Shown in pieces: positions 9,914-20,113 of a stretch of DNA of 64,000 nucleotides. The DNA lies in NCBI GenBank assembly GCA_963727805.1, contig CAVSHF010000003.1:1184001-1248000 (forward strand), read 5' to 3'. Both the position numbers and the translations under genes were made by a program. Every line of letters starts with the position of its first letter. The stretch's first letter is position 1. Under the pieces are notes generated by a model. That model was given only the letters and a program-made list of their open reading frames with translations. It did no database searches and was not told the origin of the DNA. This stretch comes from an uncultured Nitrospiraceae bacterium (GTDB lineage Bacteria; Nitrospirota; Thermodesulfovibrionia; Thermodesulfovibrionales; Dissulfurispiraceae).

Positions 9914-10575
9914 TCTGGCTGTTTCCTCTCTTTAAGTTTTGAGAATTTCTTTATGATTTCAGCGAGCTCCATGCGTTCCCCCGCCAGTTGCCTAACCAGG
10001 GCAATGTCGCACACGTATTTCTGTCCGATACATGCGGTAGCCTTCTTAAGTACAAAGCAGATAGCCGCGTTCTCCTCAAATATCCCTGCAAGCATCGAAG
10101 GGACTTCATCGAGGACAATCATTTCTGCCGCTGCATCTATTATCATCATCAGCGGGTTTTCCGCTCCTGCCATATAAAGAAGTGGCCCCTGAAGCCCGAA
10201 ATGGATAGCCGTTTCACCGAGCGGGCTTGATGGCAAGGTATAAATAAAAAGATTCCCCCTTGCAGTCGTCCTCCCGGTCGCCACGTAATCTCTGAAATAC
10301 CGGATATCGGAACTAAGTGACCCAGATGCATTCGTACCGATAATCCCCATATCATGCTTACGATCCTGCGCATAATCGAGTCCGGCATCCTTCAGCGCGA
10401 TGGCAACCGTATAAGCGGTCATCCTGGAAATTTGGTCAAGCCGGCCGAGGTTCTTGAATGGATAAGCAAATATTGCCTTCCCCGGCAACTCCACAGTCCA
10501 GTCATTGCATTCATGCGAGGTGGGAATCCCTCTCCCCTCTCCATCTATCCAACCTATACCAAGGACTGAAATCAT
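9910..10575 (-). CDS. Short ketosynthase-like / chain length factor protein
   Basis: 221 aa, KS N-terminal similarity (RLDQISRM, FIYTLPS, GLQGP), no catalytic triad. Confidence 0.7.
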   Translation of the reverse strand: MISVLGIGWIDGEGRGIPTSHECNDWTVELPGKAIFAYPFKNLGRLDQISRMTAYTVAIALKDAGLDYAQDRKHDMGIIGTNASGSLSSDIRYFRDYVATGRTTARGNLFIYTLPSSPLGETAIHFGLQGPLLYMAGAENPLMMIIDAAAEMIVLDEVPSMLAGIFEENAAICFVLKKATACIGQKYVCDIALVRQLAGERMELAEIIKKFSKLKERKQPE

Positions 10576-11705
10576 TTAGTCTTCTCTCGGGCAATCACAA
10601 GCGCGGCATTAATCCCACTAAATCCGGCGTTTGTCAGGAGCGCCATCTTGTTTGCGCTAACCGGACGATGTCCGACAGAAACCCATTCCCGGAAGTCCTC
10701 ATCGGGATTATGCAGATTGACGGTAGCAGGGACATGTCCGTCTCTTAACGCTCTCAAAGCGATGATCATTTCAACCAACCCCGTTGCCCCCATCGTATGG
10801 CCGGTCCCACCTTTTATTGAGTAAACGGGGACCTTGTTATTGAAGATAACATCGAATGCTTTTATTTCCATGGCATCATTATAGACCGTTCCAGTGCCAT
10901 GCGCGGAGATAACCCCAATTTCGCTCTCGTCCGCACATGCCGACTTCAGAGCCTTTCGTATGGCGAGAATCATCCCTTCGCTGCCACGGGAGGGACCAGT
11001 CATATGATTGGCGTCGTCGCTCAGTCCCCAGCCGGCCACCTCACCGATGATCTCTCTTCCATCGTGCCGAGCTCTGGCTTCGCTCATAAGAACAACATAA
11101 GCCGCTGCCTCGCCCAAGCTCAGCCCGCCCCTGTCTCTGTCAAAAGGCCGGGCAGCGCATTTATCCAGCGCCATGAGAGCAGAGAATCCCGAGAAGACAA
11201 ATTCGGTGACACTGTCGCACGCGACTATCAGCACGCAGTCGGTGATCCCACTGCGGACCATTGCCGCCGCCCTCGCCACAGCTGAAGAGGAAGAAGCACA
11301 TGCCGCCGAAATGATGATGCCCGCATCGTCAATGCCCGGAAGCGATGCGACTTTCCCAAGAAGCACGCCGGGCTTGCTGGATAAGATGTCCTGTTCCCCT
11401 TCAAGAATCCCTCTTTCCAAATGATCTATTTCTCCCTTTGTCGTTGCCAGAATCAGCTTCGCGTCCCGGGGAATCGAAACTGGATACGCAGCGAATAAAA
11501 GTGTCAGCAACTGCATGACAAGGGATTCTCCGTGATGATACTCCAGGCCCTCTAATGTTGCCGCATTATCGGACTGGAATGCCTGAGTCGGGAATCTGTT
11601 TAGTCGTGAAATGGCGCTCTTCCCTGCAATGATGCCTTCCCAGCAGGCATCTGTCCCCTTCCCGTAGGCAGTGACCATATTGCATGAGACGATAACTGCC
11701 TTCAT
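10572..11705 (-). CDS. Beta-ketoacyl-ACP synthase
   Basis: AACASS, SAHGTGT, KGGTGHTMGA; start set at ATG 11705 (ATGA overlap). Confidence 0.92.
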   Translation of the reverse strand: MKAVIVSCNMVTAYGKGTDACWEGIIAGKSAISRLNRFPTQAFQSDNAATLEGLEYHHGESLVMQLLTLLFAAYPVSIPRDAKLILATTKGEIDHLERGILEGEQDILSSKPGVLLGKVASLPGIDDAGIIISAACASSSSAVARAAAMVRSGITDCVLIVACDSVTEFVFSGFSALMALDKCAARPFDRDRGGLSLGEAAAYVVLMSEARARHDGREIIGEVAGWGLSDDANHMTGPSRGSEGMILAIRKALKSACADESEIGVISAHGTGTVYNDAMEIKAFDVIFNNKVPVYSIKGGTGHTMGATGLVEMIIALRALRDGHVPATVNLHNPDEDFREWVSVGHRPVSANKMALLTNAGFSGINAALVIAREKTK

Positions 11706-12187
11706 TCCGGCAGTTGGAATTCGCCGCTTTTCCATCTTCTTCGACACCTTTCAAGCAATGGAGGAGTGATGATACAAGCCTCCCCCGATTTTGCATCTGT
11801 AAACAACTGCACAGTGTACCCGCTTGCCGCCAGACTTCCATCTTGCTTTAACAGGTGATACTCTGTGTTGATTCGCGCTCCCTCATGCCAGATCAGCGAT
11901 GCCCTGATATCGAACTCCTCATCGAGAAAAAGTGACTGGTAATAATCGATATGAAACTCGACAATGGGGGCGCGCAGTTCCGCTTCATAAAAATCTCTAT
12001 AGGACAAACCGCAGCGTCTGCCTACCTCGGCTGCTGCCTCTTCGAAAAAAAGCGCATATCTGCCATACCAGATAATTCCCATCACATCCACTTCGCTGAA
12101 ATGAACGCGTCTCCTGATCTGCAGGACAATAGGCTCCGGGACCCCGCTGATTCGTTCAAAATAAACTTTTTTTCTTCGGGGGGGCAT
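11702..12187 (-). CDS. Acyl-CoA/ACP thioesterase (4HBT/YbgC, ApeK-like)
   Basis: VHFSEVDVMGIIWYGRYALFFE hotdog thioesterase motif. Confidence 0.88.
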   Translation of the reverse strand: MPPRRKKVYFERISGVPEPIVLQIRRRVHFSEVDVMGIIWYGRYALFFEEAAAEVGRRCGLSYRDFYEAELRAPIVEFHIDYYQSLFLDEEFDIRASLIWHEGARINTEYHLLKQDGSLAASGYTVQLFTDAKSGEACIITPPLLERCRRRWKSGEFQLPE

Positions 12188-12580
12188 CTACTCTTCTTTC
12201 CCAACAAATCGGGCGCGCAATTTTATTTCAGCAGCTTTCAGGTCGCCTTTGCCAACAATCGCCTTTACAATAAAAACCTCACCGTTGGCCCTGATAACGC
12301 TAATGTCCCTGCACACGCATTTCAGCTCTTCCATGGGGAAGACAGGTACAAAGAACTTGGCGAGGACGATCTCATCTATAATGAGCTTTTTACTTTTCAT
12401 CTTTTCGAGCGACGCAGTGACGCATTGAATCTGGCAGATACCCGGCAGGAGCTTCCTTGAAGGGAAATGTCCCTGAAAGCCTATAAAGTCCTCGGGAAAA
12501 ACAAAATGAGTAGTGAGTGTCCCATCCGACTCAGTGAATCCGGTCATGCATTGCGCGACTTCCTTGCTGATAGAGCTCAC
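12188..12580 (-). CDS. FabZ/ApeI-like hotdog dehydratase
   Basis: FQGHFPSRKLLPGICQI motif. Confidence 0.82.
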   Translation of the reverse strand: MSSISKEVAQCMTGFTESDGTLTTHFVFPEDFIGFQGHFPSRKLLPGICQIQCVTASLEKMKSKKLIIDEIVLAKFFVPVFPMEELKCVCRDISVIRANGEVFIVKAIVGKGDLKAAEIKLRARFVGKEE

Positions 12581-13251
12581 TGCTGTATCTCCTTTAGTTT
12601 TACAATGAGACGGTATCCGAACTTAACATTTGTCAAGATAGTGCCTATCGGATAGAGCTTCCCCTTATTCCGCTTATATTCATAGTAAGAAACCGTCCAG
12701 ACCGTAGCTCCGTCTTCATAATAGTTCTTTTCAACCAGGTTCCCCTCCGGACCGGCAAAGACATACTCCATCAGCCCCGACCCGGAACTCTGCTTGAAGA
12801 CAAGCCGGTACCGTTCCCTCTCTATTGTAGCATCCGGAGAAGGGAGCAGATCAAAGTAAATCCTTTTGATATCCTCTCCCACAGCCGCACCGAAATCACC
12901 CTGCTTTGTGAATTCCGGCATCACAAAAACGGTGGTCACTCCATCTTTATTCCCAGTCAACTCGAACAGATTGACACCCATCTGGTTAATACAGGCGAGA
13001 GTAAATGTCCTGTCCTTTATATTGACCACCACAATCCCCAGCGCCGAAAATTTTCGCCATCGGTACTCAAAGACAATCGTATTAAGCAATTGGAGCTCTT
13101 CAGGTGAGTCGGCTCCAAATCGTTCTACTATTGTCGACGGGTCAGCTTTGTCCAAAGAAACGAGAGGAGTTTCGTGAAAGGGGATGCTCGTGCATCCGGT
13201 AATCAGCAACAACATGAATAGCAATACCGCCGTCAAGTTTCTCACATTCAC
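12577..13251 (-). CDS. Lipoprotein, DUF3261/ApeN-like
   Basis: Lipobox LITG-C; adjacent to MMPL as in aryl polyene clusters. Confidence 0.6.
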   Translation of the reverse strand: MNVRNLTAVLLFMLLLITGCTSIPFHETPLVSLDKADPSTIVERFGADSPEELQLLNTIVFEYRWRKFSALGIVVVNIKDRTFTLACINQMGVNLFELTGNKDGVTTVFVMPEFTKQGDFGAAVGEDIKRIYFDLLPSPDATIERERYRLVFKQSSGSGLMEYVFAGPEGNLVEKNYYEDGATVWTVSYYEYKRNKGKLYPIGTILTNVKFGYRLIVKLKEIQQ

Positions 13252-15629
13252 CGTTTCTCCGCCCTTAACGGCATGAGAAGACGGTACAGCTGAGGAATAA
13301 CGAGCAGGGAGGAAAGATACCCAGCTCCTATCCCGACTGTCATGGTTAAGCCCACATAAAACAGGGCCGGATGATCGGCCAAAATCAGTACTCCTGTTCC
13401 TATAAGCGTTGCGATGGCGGACAGGGCCACTGCCATGACAATCCCCGATTTCAAATTATACCGGCATCGATAGACCATGAATATCCCGTAGTCGACACAA
13501 ATCCCCATAAGGGCAATGCCCGTGATCAAAGTCGATAAATTAAATGAGATACCGAATATCGACATCAGCCCGAAGAGCCAAATAATTCCGGTCACTACGG
13601 GCACCAGGGCCATCAGGAGTTCCTTCACATTCTGGAAGTAAAGGTAGGTCAGCAGGATAACGAGAACTGAAGTAATGGCCGTCATCAACGCGATATCCGA
13701 ATAAATCACTTCCGAAATTCTTTGGGACATGGACCTGCCCGAGACCAGGAATGTTTCCGGATGTCTCTTGCTCAACTCAGAGATGGCATCGACGTATTTC
13801 TTCTCATCCGGGAAAAAAGACAAGACCTGATAACTATCCCGTGACTTATTGATGAATCTCTCCTTTAATTTAGATATAAAATCGTTGTCGATAGAGGTGG
13901 TATCGGTAACCGTTCCCTTGTAAAGGTTGCTAAAAAATGGAGAAAAGGCATCCGCTGCAAACCCATACTTCTCGCCTGCCACTCCAAGCAATTTTTTCAA
14001 CTCGGTTTCCCTCCCCTGTCCCCAGAATTTCTTCCACCGTTCAAGGTTTCCTCTTCTCGCCTTTTCCGATGGCCACAACATGGACAGGCTGGAGAAGTGA
14101 TCCACTCCGATTGCCTTTGTCGCCTCTTGAGCAATCATATCGCTCCTTTCGAGGGCCTCTTCAAGGCTCTTGCCCGCAGTAACAAGGATGGCCGGTCTGT
14201 CCTGCCCCCAGACCTCCTGGAACCGCTTTTCAGCTTGTAGAATAGAGGATTCGGTACCGTCGATCTTATAAATATTGCTGTCGAATTTCACATTAAAGGC
14301 GAAGAAAAGGAAGACCAGAGTGAGTCCCAGCCAAATGCCAACAACAGCATTATTCGACCAGTTTACCTCTTCGAGCTTCCATCCGACCTTCAATCCCATC
14401 GTTTTCTTTGATACGAAATGGGGGAGGATCATAAAGCAGTAGATAAGAGATAGTGCGAGACCCAGGATCGACAGGTATCCCAACTGCTGATATCCCTCGA
14501 TTCGTGAGAACAGAAATGAAAAAAAGACAGCGACGGTTGTCAGGGCGCCAACAGCAACAGGCCGGGCAATCCGGCTGATGTCATTTGCGGTATCTTTCGC
14601 ATTCCTCGCTGCAACGTACACCTGAATTCCATAATCGACTGAAATGCCCGCGAGCACGGTAGCTAACCCTATAACCGAATAGGAGAGCCCACCCATAAAG
14701 AAGTAACAGATATAAATCGCCTGAAAAATTGAAAACAACGGGATCAGAAAGATCAGGACAGCGCTGGCATCCTTAAAAACAAAAAGGAAAAGGAGAACAA
14801 AAACAACCGAAGCAACGATACTTGTAAGTGCGACATCTTTTTTCATAACCTTCTCGTTGCTTAGGGTGTGTGAGTGCCCGCTGACAATATCGGCGGAAAT
14901 ATAGTTCGGAAGCTTCCTGAGCTGTTCATCAATGCCCTTGAAGAGCTTTTGAGAGCCGAGGGCGTCCGTTACCGGAACGGTGGTCTGAACAATGATCATG
15001 GCATGCCTGTTGTCCGGGCTGATAAAGTGCCCTCCTTCCATCGTAACGTTGTATCCGAGGGATGCGGACAGCGATTTCAATTTATTGAGCATGACAAGGT
15101 TGAATCCAAGAGGATCGGAACGGAGCATCGAATTCATAAAAATGCCCTCCGGCTTCAGCAGTTGGAGATAATTCTTTCGCATCCTCTCGGAAATGCTTTT
15201 TTGATTGATCTGGCCGCTAATAGCCGTTAAGTCATCATCAGTAAATATTTGCGGTATCTTGTCGAAAAAGAACTCCATATTGTCCGTCATCTGCAATTCT
15301 GAAAGACCGACAGTAACTTTTGTAAATAAAGGGGGCTTGAGGGAACCCGCCAGTTGATCGACGGCTGCGAAAAGATCTTTTTTATCTTTATCAGAGTTCG
15401 TCAGAGCAAGGGAAATAACAACCTTATTGGAAAGATTGGAGTCTTTCAGAAAGGCCATGCTGCGCGATATAGCAGGGTCTGCAGGGAGCAGGACCTCGAT
15501 GTTATTGCTGAACTTGATGAAACGGAGTCCAACAAGAGCTGCGGTAATCAGCACCATGACGACAATAAATACCGGCCACTTTCTCTTGCCAATAACGTTA
15601 TAGAAGAGTTCGAAATACTTATCAAACAC
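13248..15629 (-). CDS. MMPL/RND family lipid exporter
   Basis: Two repeats of a large loop plus TM helices with GISVDYG and GICVDYG motifs. Confidence 0.9.
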   Translation of the reverse strand: MFDKYFELFYNVIGKRKWPVFIVVMVLITAALVGLRFIKFSNNIEVLLPADPAISRSMAFLKDSNLSNKVVISLALTNSDKDKKDLFAAVDQLAGSLKPPLFTKVTVGLSELQMTDNMEFFFDKIPQIFTDDDLTAISGQINQKSISERMRKNYLQLLKPEGIFMNSMLRSDPLGFNLVMLNKLKSLSASLGYNVTMEGGHFISPDNRHAMIIVQTTVPVTDALGSQKLFKGIDEQLRKLPNYISADIVSGHSHTLSNEKVMKKDVALTSIVASVVFVLLFLFVFKDASAVLIFLIPLFSIFQAIYICYFFMGGLSYSVIGLATVLAGISVDYGIQVYVAARNAKDTANDISRIARPVAVGALTTVAVFFSFLFSRIEGYQQLGYLSILGLALSLIYCFMILPHFVSKKTMGLKVGWKLEEVNWSNNAVVGIWLGLTLVFLFFAFNVKFDSNIYKIDGTESSILQAEKRFQEVWGQDRPAILVTAGKSLEEALERSDMIAQEATKAIGVDHFSSLSMLWPSEKARRGNLERWKKFWGQGRETELKKLLGVAGEKYGFAADAFSPFFSNLYKGTVTDTTSIDNDFISKLKERFINKSRDSYQVLSFFPDEKKYVDAISELSKRHPETFLVSGRSMSQRISEVIYSDIALMTAITSVLVILLTYLYFQNVKELLMALVPVVTGIIWLFGLMSIFGISFNLSTLITGIALMGICVDYGIFMVYRCRYNLKSGIVMAVALSAIATLIGTGVLILADHPALFYVGLTMTVGIGAGYLSSLLVIPQLYRLLMPLRAEKR

Positions 15630-16299
15630 GACGCTTCACTTCAAAAAACCGGCTGTCGAGAGGGACGTCGATAACGGTGTTTTCAAATGTAATCGTGGTA
15701 CTGTCTCCGCTCATCTCTTGTATCTTTATCTTTTCAAGATACTTCTCGTCTTCTCTAAAGGTGATTGTAATGGACTTCACAATCTTCCTCGAAAAATTTG
15801 TCTCATTGGGCATGAACTCAAAGACATAGGGGTGCTGATGCAAAACCTTCACGACATAATCATTCAGGAGAGAGCCATAATTACCGGAAAACCACGTTGT
15901 CAGCTGGTTAAGCACTATCTTGAACATAGGGTTCTTCGAGAAGGAGATTTCTTGTACCTGATCTGTATCCTCATCCCACTGGCGGATCTCTTTATCTGTA
16001 ATCAGTACGGAGTATTTGACAGGTTTGTCGACGTGCCAAGCAATCGTGTTCGGCTTCTGCAGATAGATCCGCCCTCGCATAATAATCTTCCTTTTGAATA
16101 TCGCGAGGCTCTTCTCTTGTACAAAATCGGTCTTCAGGGTTTTAAACTGCGCAACCTTTTCACCTATACCAGTCAGGAGATCAGAGATGCCGGGTGCCTC
16201 TGTTGCGCCAGTAGATGAAGTCCTTGCCATAAGGGCCAGTAAAAGGGATATCAGGGATAGGAACACAAGGCTTCTTTTAGTTCTCATCTTTATCCCCAT
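15622..16299 (-). CDS. LolA-like periplasmic carrier protein
   Basis: Signal peptide, DFVQEK...GRIYLQKP...W...P pattern. Confidence 0.8.
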   Translation of the reverse strand: MGIKMRTKRSLVFLSLISLLLALMARTSSTGATEAPGISDLLTGIGEKVAQFKTLKTDFVQEKSLAIFKRKIIMRGRIYLQKPNTIAWHVDKPVKYSVLITDKEIRQWDEDTDQVQEISFSKNPMFKIVLNQLTTWFSGNYGSLLNDYVVKVLHQHPYVFEFMPNETNFSRKIVKSITITFREDEKYLEKIKIQEMSGDSTTITFENTVIDVPLDSRFFEVKRRV

Positions 16300-17761
16300 T
16301 GTGCCAGATTTTCACCTCGCCTCTGGCGATGATCTCCTCACCTTTAAAGACCTCCCCATGGATGATACCAAAGTCGCCAAACTGAGCAGCCTTGAAGACC
16401 GATACGCGAAGTCTATCACCCACCCGCGCCTCTCCAAGGACCTCCAGGTTCTTGATCCCCAGCAGGAAACCTTCCGCCTGGTAGTTTGGGTTCCCCAGGT
16501 TTCTAAACCCCTTGTCAGCTGCAATCGCCTGCGAAATAATCTCAGGATAAGATGCCTCGTCAAGCTTGCCGTCCTCACCAATAAAGACGGTTTCTTCCGT
16601 GATATTCACCTCAGATACGCACTTCCTCTCCGCAACCTCGAGCACCTTATCGATAATAAGCATTGGGGGTTTATGGGGAACAAGCCTACTTGCATCGGTC
16701 GGCAGGCAGATAATATCGTCCCGTCTGTCAGCATTGTTCCAGCATAACGGATCGGACGCCAGATAATCGCCTGTGCACTGATAAGCGGCGCCCCGACAGC
16801 CATAGCATTCATTCAGCCGCTCGCACTGGCTGCAGGGTCCTTTTATCGTCTTTTTATAATTCCTGAGGTCTTTGATAACTTCGCTCTCTCTGATAATATC
16901 CTTCAGCTTTCTCTCTCTTATATTGCCGACAGGAATGGTGACCCCAACACATGGCTGGACATCCCCGCGGGAATTTACGGAGCATGAGAACTGGTGCCTC
17001 AGGCATTGTCCGCCGACAAGAGGAGGTTGCGGGATCCAATCATGACCGTACTTCGACCGGTCAATCTCCGCAATCTGGTGGAAAAGCTCCTGGACCTGAT
17101 GGTCCTCGACCTCCAGAAAGCCGCTTTCCTTTGCCTTTCCCTGAGGGGTGATCATCTCAAAATACGGGCTGACTCCTTGGTCTCTCAGCCATTCCCACAT
17201 CTTCGCCAGTTCATCGATATTTTGCCGGCAGATGACTGTGCTGATCCCCATAGAACACCCTGCCGGGTATCCTGCTTTCTTCAGATTCTCAAAGGCCTTC
17301 CGGATTTGCACCGAAGCTCCTTTTTTCCCGGAAAGCATATCCTGCACTGTATTATCGAAAGAGTTCATTTTCAGGACAACAACGACGCCATATTTGATCA
17401 ATTTCCTTGCAGCCGCGAGGGTTATATTGGCCCCGTTCGTAAAGAGCTCTATCTCCATCTCCTGATCCTTTATGAACTTGATCATTTCGAAGAGATGCTC
17501 GTAAAGCATGGGCTCTCCGCCCAATATGATAATCTTCTTCGCTCCTAAGTCCCGAGCTTGAAGAATGAGGTCCTTGAGTTCGGCTCTGCTCAACTCACCT
17601 TCACATCCCGAATTGTTTGATGCATAGCAATAGACACAACTAAAATTACAATTGCTGTTGAACTCCATCTCCATCGATAAAAGCTTGCCTTCCTTAACAG
17701 TACTCTCTATCTCTGTATCAGTAAATTCCGCGCCATAAATACGATTGCGACAACTCGACAT
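16277..17761 (-). CDS. Radical SAM/SPASM protein fused to C-terminal ApeP/FabZ-like hotdog domain
   Basis: CNFSCVYC, GGEP, SPASM cysteines (PC...CSQCERLNECYGC); then LVPHKPPMLIIDKV...EIISQA...GFLLG. Confidence 0.85.
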   Translation of the reverse strand: MSSCRNRIYGAEFTDTEIESTVKEGKLLSMEMEFNSNCNFSCVYCYASNNSGCEGELSRAELKDLILQARDLGAKKIIILGGEPMLYEHLFEMIKFIKDQEMEIELFTNGANITLAAARKLIKYGVVVVLKMNSFDNTVQDMLSGKKGASVQIRKAFENLKKAGYPAGCSMGISTVICRQNIDELAKMWEWLRDQGVSPYFEMITPQGKAKESGFLEVEDHQVQELFHQIAEIDRSKYGHDWIPQPPLVGGQCLRHQFSCSVNSRGDVQPCVGVTIPVGNIRERKLKDIIRESEVIKDLRNYKKTIKGPCSQCERLNECYGCRGAAYQCTGDYLASDPLCWNNADRRDDIICLPTDASRLVPHKPPMLIIDKVLEVAERKCVSEVNITEETVFIGEDGKLDEASYPEIISQAIAADKGFRNLGNPNYQAEGFLLGIKNLEVLGEARVGDRLRVSVFKAAQFGDFGIIHGEVFKGEEIIARGEVKIWHNGDKDEN

Positions 17762-19101
17762 TAGTTTGTTCTCCTATCTTTGAAGCGAATTAATTTGCGC
17801 GAGTTCTCAGCGCATACCTCTTTTCGGATGCTCTCTTCACTTGCTATGATAACTTCGGGTCTTATCCTCAAATGCGCCTGCAGCTTGTCCATGATCGTTT
17901 CTGCAGAACATGAATCATCCTTAAGGGAAACATATATCCTCACCTGATCGGAGAGATCAAAGTCGTTTGTTACTTCAAGGTAGTATTCACTGATCTCGCC
18001 GATCTCGTCGAGGACAGAGTGTATAGCGTTGGGATAGAGCGTCGTACCGCGGCACTTTATCATCTGTTTTTTTCTCCCCATTATCGGCCCGAGCCGGAGA
18101 GAGTTTCTTCCGCATGCGCAGGGACCCTCTATTAGGAAGCTCACATCACCGGTTTTAAAGCGCAGCAGGGGCATGCCCTCGATGGACAACGGAGTCACCA
18201 CAACCTCGCCAACATCACCGTGCGGAAGGGTCTCCCCTTCGTCATTGACAATCTCTACGATCGCAAGGTCAGGATGGAGATGCCCGCCTCGCATGGAAGT
18301 GCATTCGCAGAATGTCGTTATTGTTTCCGAAGATGCGTACGTGGAAAATACCGCTGCCCCCCATATTGCTTCAAGGTATTCCCCTATCTTTAGCAGTGAA
18401 AGGTCCTTGTCCCTGATAGGCTCGCCTATGCACACAAGCCTCTTCACGCCGATCTCGCGTGGATCGATATTTTGAGATTTCAGGAACTGCCCCAGCTTGA
18501 GCAGCAATGTCGGAACTCCCACAATCGCCGTTGGTCTCATCTGCTGAATAATTTCCCGATGGCTTGCCATGCTGCTGATGCCATTTCTTATGACAGCGGC
18601 ACCGAGGCCCCTTGCCCCCGAATAGTAAGCCAGTCCAGCGATAAAGCACCTGTCCATCGTGCAGGTAAGAAGGACCACATCGTCCTGCATAAGGCCGCAG
18701 CTGGCAAGGGATATCTTTTCGTTGTAAGCCAGTCGCTTGAGGTCATGTTCAGTATACATGATTCGCGTTGGCTTTCCGGTCGTCCCCGACGACATAACAA
18801 TATCGACGACTTTTGACATGGGTACAGCAAGAAAATCATCATTGTATTCTTCAATTGCGTTCTTATCGGTAAAAGGTAAACAAGAGAGCTTATTGAGATT
18901 AACACTGTCGATTTCCACCCCTCTTAACACCCGACCGTAGTAAGGAGAATGTGAAGAAAGATAGCGCAGATGCTCCATCAGAAGCGTCTCCTGCAACTCC
19001 CTGATCATCGCAGTTCCGGAGAACTCAATACCACTATATTTTCCGATCATTCCCTGGCCAATCATCCCTTGTTCCGTCTTTCCATTTGTTCTCGCCAACA
19101 C
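17761..19101 (-). CDS. Phenylacetate-CoA ligase family AMP-binding enzyme
   Basis: SSGTTGKP, TYASSE, PLLRFKTGD, CACGR motifs; start uncertain. Confidence 0.88.
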   Translation of the reverse strand: MLARTNGKTEQGMIGQGMIGKYSGIEFSGTAMIRELQETLLMEHLRYLSSHSPYYGRVLRGVEIDSVNLNKLSCLPFTDKNAIEEYNDDFLAVPMSKVVDIVMSSGTTGKPTRIMYTEHDLKRLAYNEKISLASCGLMQDDVVLLTCTMDRCFIAGLAYYSGARGLGAAVIRNGISSMASHREIIQQMRPTAIVGVPTLLLKLGQFLKSQNIDPREIGVKRLVCIGEPIRDKDLSLLKIGEYLEAIWGAAVFSTYASSETITTFCECTSMRGGHLHPDLAIVEIVNDEGETLPHGDVGEVVVTPLSIEGMPLLRFKTGDVSFLIEGPCACGRNSLRLGPIMGRKKQMIKCRGTTLYPNAIHSVLDEIGEISEYYLEVTNDFDLSDQVRIYVSLKDDSCSAETIMDKLQAHLRIRPEVIIASEESIRKEVCAENSRKLIRFKDRRTN

Positions 19102-19106
19102 CCCAT

Positions 19107-19853
19107 TTAATTCTCCATGAGCTGCAGCTCATTAGAGATGATCTCACGTACCTTATTTTTCAGCGAAAATACAGTCAGATCCTTGTACTCCGCCCAGGTT
19201 ATGGCTGGCAATCGGCGCACCCTGATGGTCCCTGGTCTCAGGAGCAGGGAGCCTTTCGGGGGGATATTCTCGTTTCCCGAGATGCAAAGGGGAACAATGG
19301 GGGCTTTTGATTTCAAGGCAAGCCGGAATGCCGAGCCATGGAAATTACCCATTTGTTTTCCTCCCGAGCGTGTCCCCTCAGGGAAAAATATGATAGAGAC
19401 CTTTTCTTTCAGGAGTATGACTGCCTGTTCAAAGAAGAGATCAGGCGGCATATTTTTTATATTTAGGTACCCCGACATCCTAGCATAAAAACCAAGGACA
19501 GGAATACGGAACGGCCATGTATTGACGATCTGAACAGCCTCATGCGGGAGTACGCACATTAGGAAGGCATCGGATGAAGATCGGTGATTACTTACAAAGA
19601 TATAAGGTTCCTCAGTATCCCCCTTTGAGCTGTCCTCATAACGGAGCTTTATAAATGGAAAAGGAATGGACGTCACAAGGATTCCATACCAGCTGATAGC
19701 ACGGCGGAAACGTTTCATTGCGCTGCGATGTGACATAAAGACCGACAGAACAGCAACGAGGACCGTCAAAAGCGGAATGCTTACTGCAGAGAGCAGGAGG
19801 ATAAGCGTATAAATATAGATATTGAGACAATAAAGCTTGAAATTGCTCATCAT
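19107..19853 (-). CDS. PlsC-type lysophospholipid acyltransferase
   Basis: SNHRSSSD (HxxxxD) and FPEGTRS. Confidence 0.9.
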   Translation of the reverse strand: MMSNFKLYCLNIYIYTLILLLSAVSIPLLTVLVAVLSVFMSHRSAMKRFRRAISWYGILVTSIPFPFIKLRYEDSSKGDTEEPYIFVSNHRSSSDAFLMCVLPHEAVQIVNTWPFRIPVLGFYARMSGYLNIKNMPPDLFFEQAVILLKEKVSIIFFPEGTRSGGKQMGNFHGSAFRLALKSKAPIVPLCISGNENIPPKGSLLLRPGTIRVRRLPAITWAEYKDLTVFSLKNKVREIISNELQLMEN

Positions 19854-19855
19854 TC

Positions 19856-20113
19856 TTACGTCGTCTCTTGCTCTTTTATTGCGAAGATGAATTGATAAAC
19901 ATCCTGAAGTGTCCGGATGTCCCTCACCTTGTCATCATTGCGTATCTTGACCCCGAAGCTCTTTTCAAGGGCAACCACAAGGTCGACGGCATCGAGACTG
20001 TCCAGTCCCAGGTCATTGAAGATATGCGCCTGAGGCTGTAATTTTTCCTTCTCTATCTCAAAAGACTCCTCAAACACTTTATTCGTAATATTGATTATCT
20101 CCTGCTCAGTCAT
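19856..20113 (-). CDS. Acyl carrier protein
   Basis: DLGLDSLDAVDLV; start ATG 20113 overlaps the KS stop. Confidence 0.92.
   Translation of the reverse strand: MTEQEIINITNKVFEESFEIEKEKLQPQAHIFNDLGLDSLDAVDLVVALEKSFGVKIRNDDKVRDIRTLQDVYQFIFAIKEQETT

Noticed and set aside
19050..19080. QGMIG-QGMIG duplication at the ligase N-terminus
   Set aside because: Imperfect 15-nt repeat in a region of uncertain start; no functional evidence.
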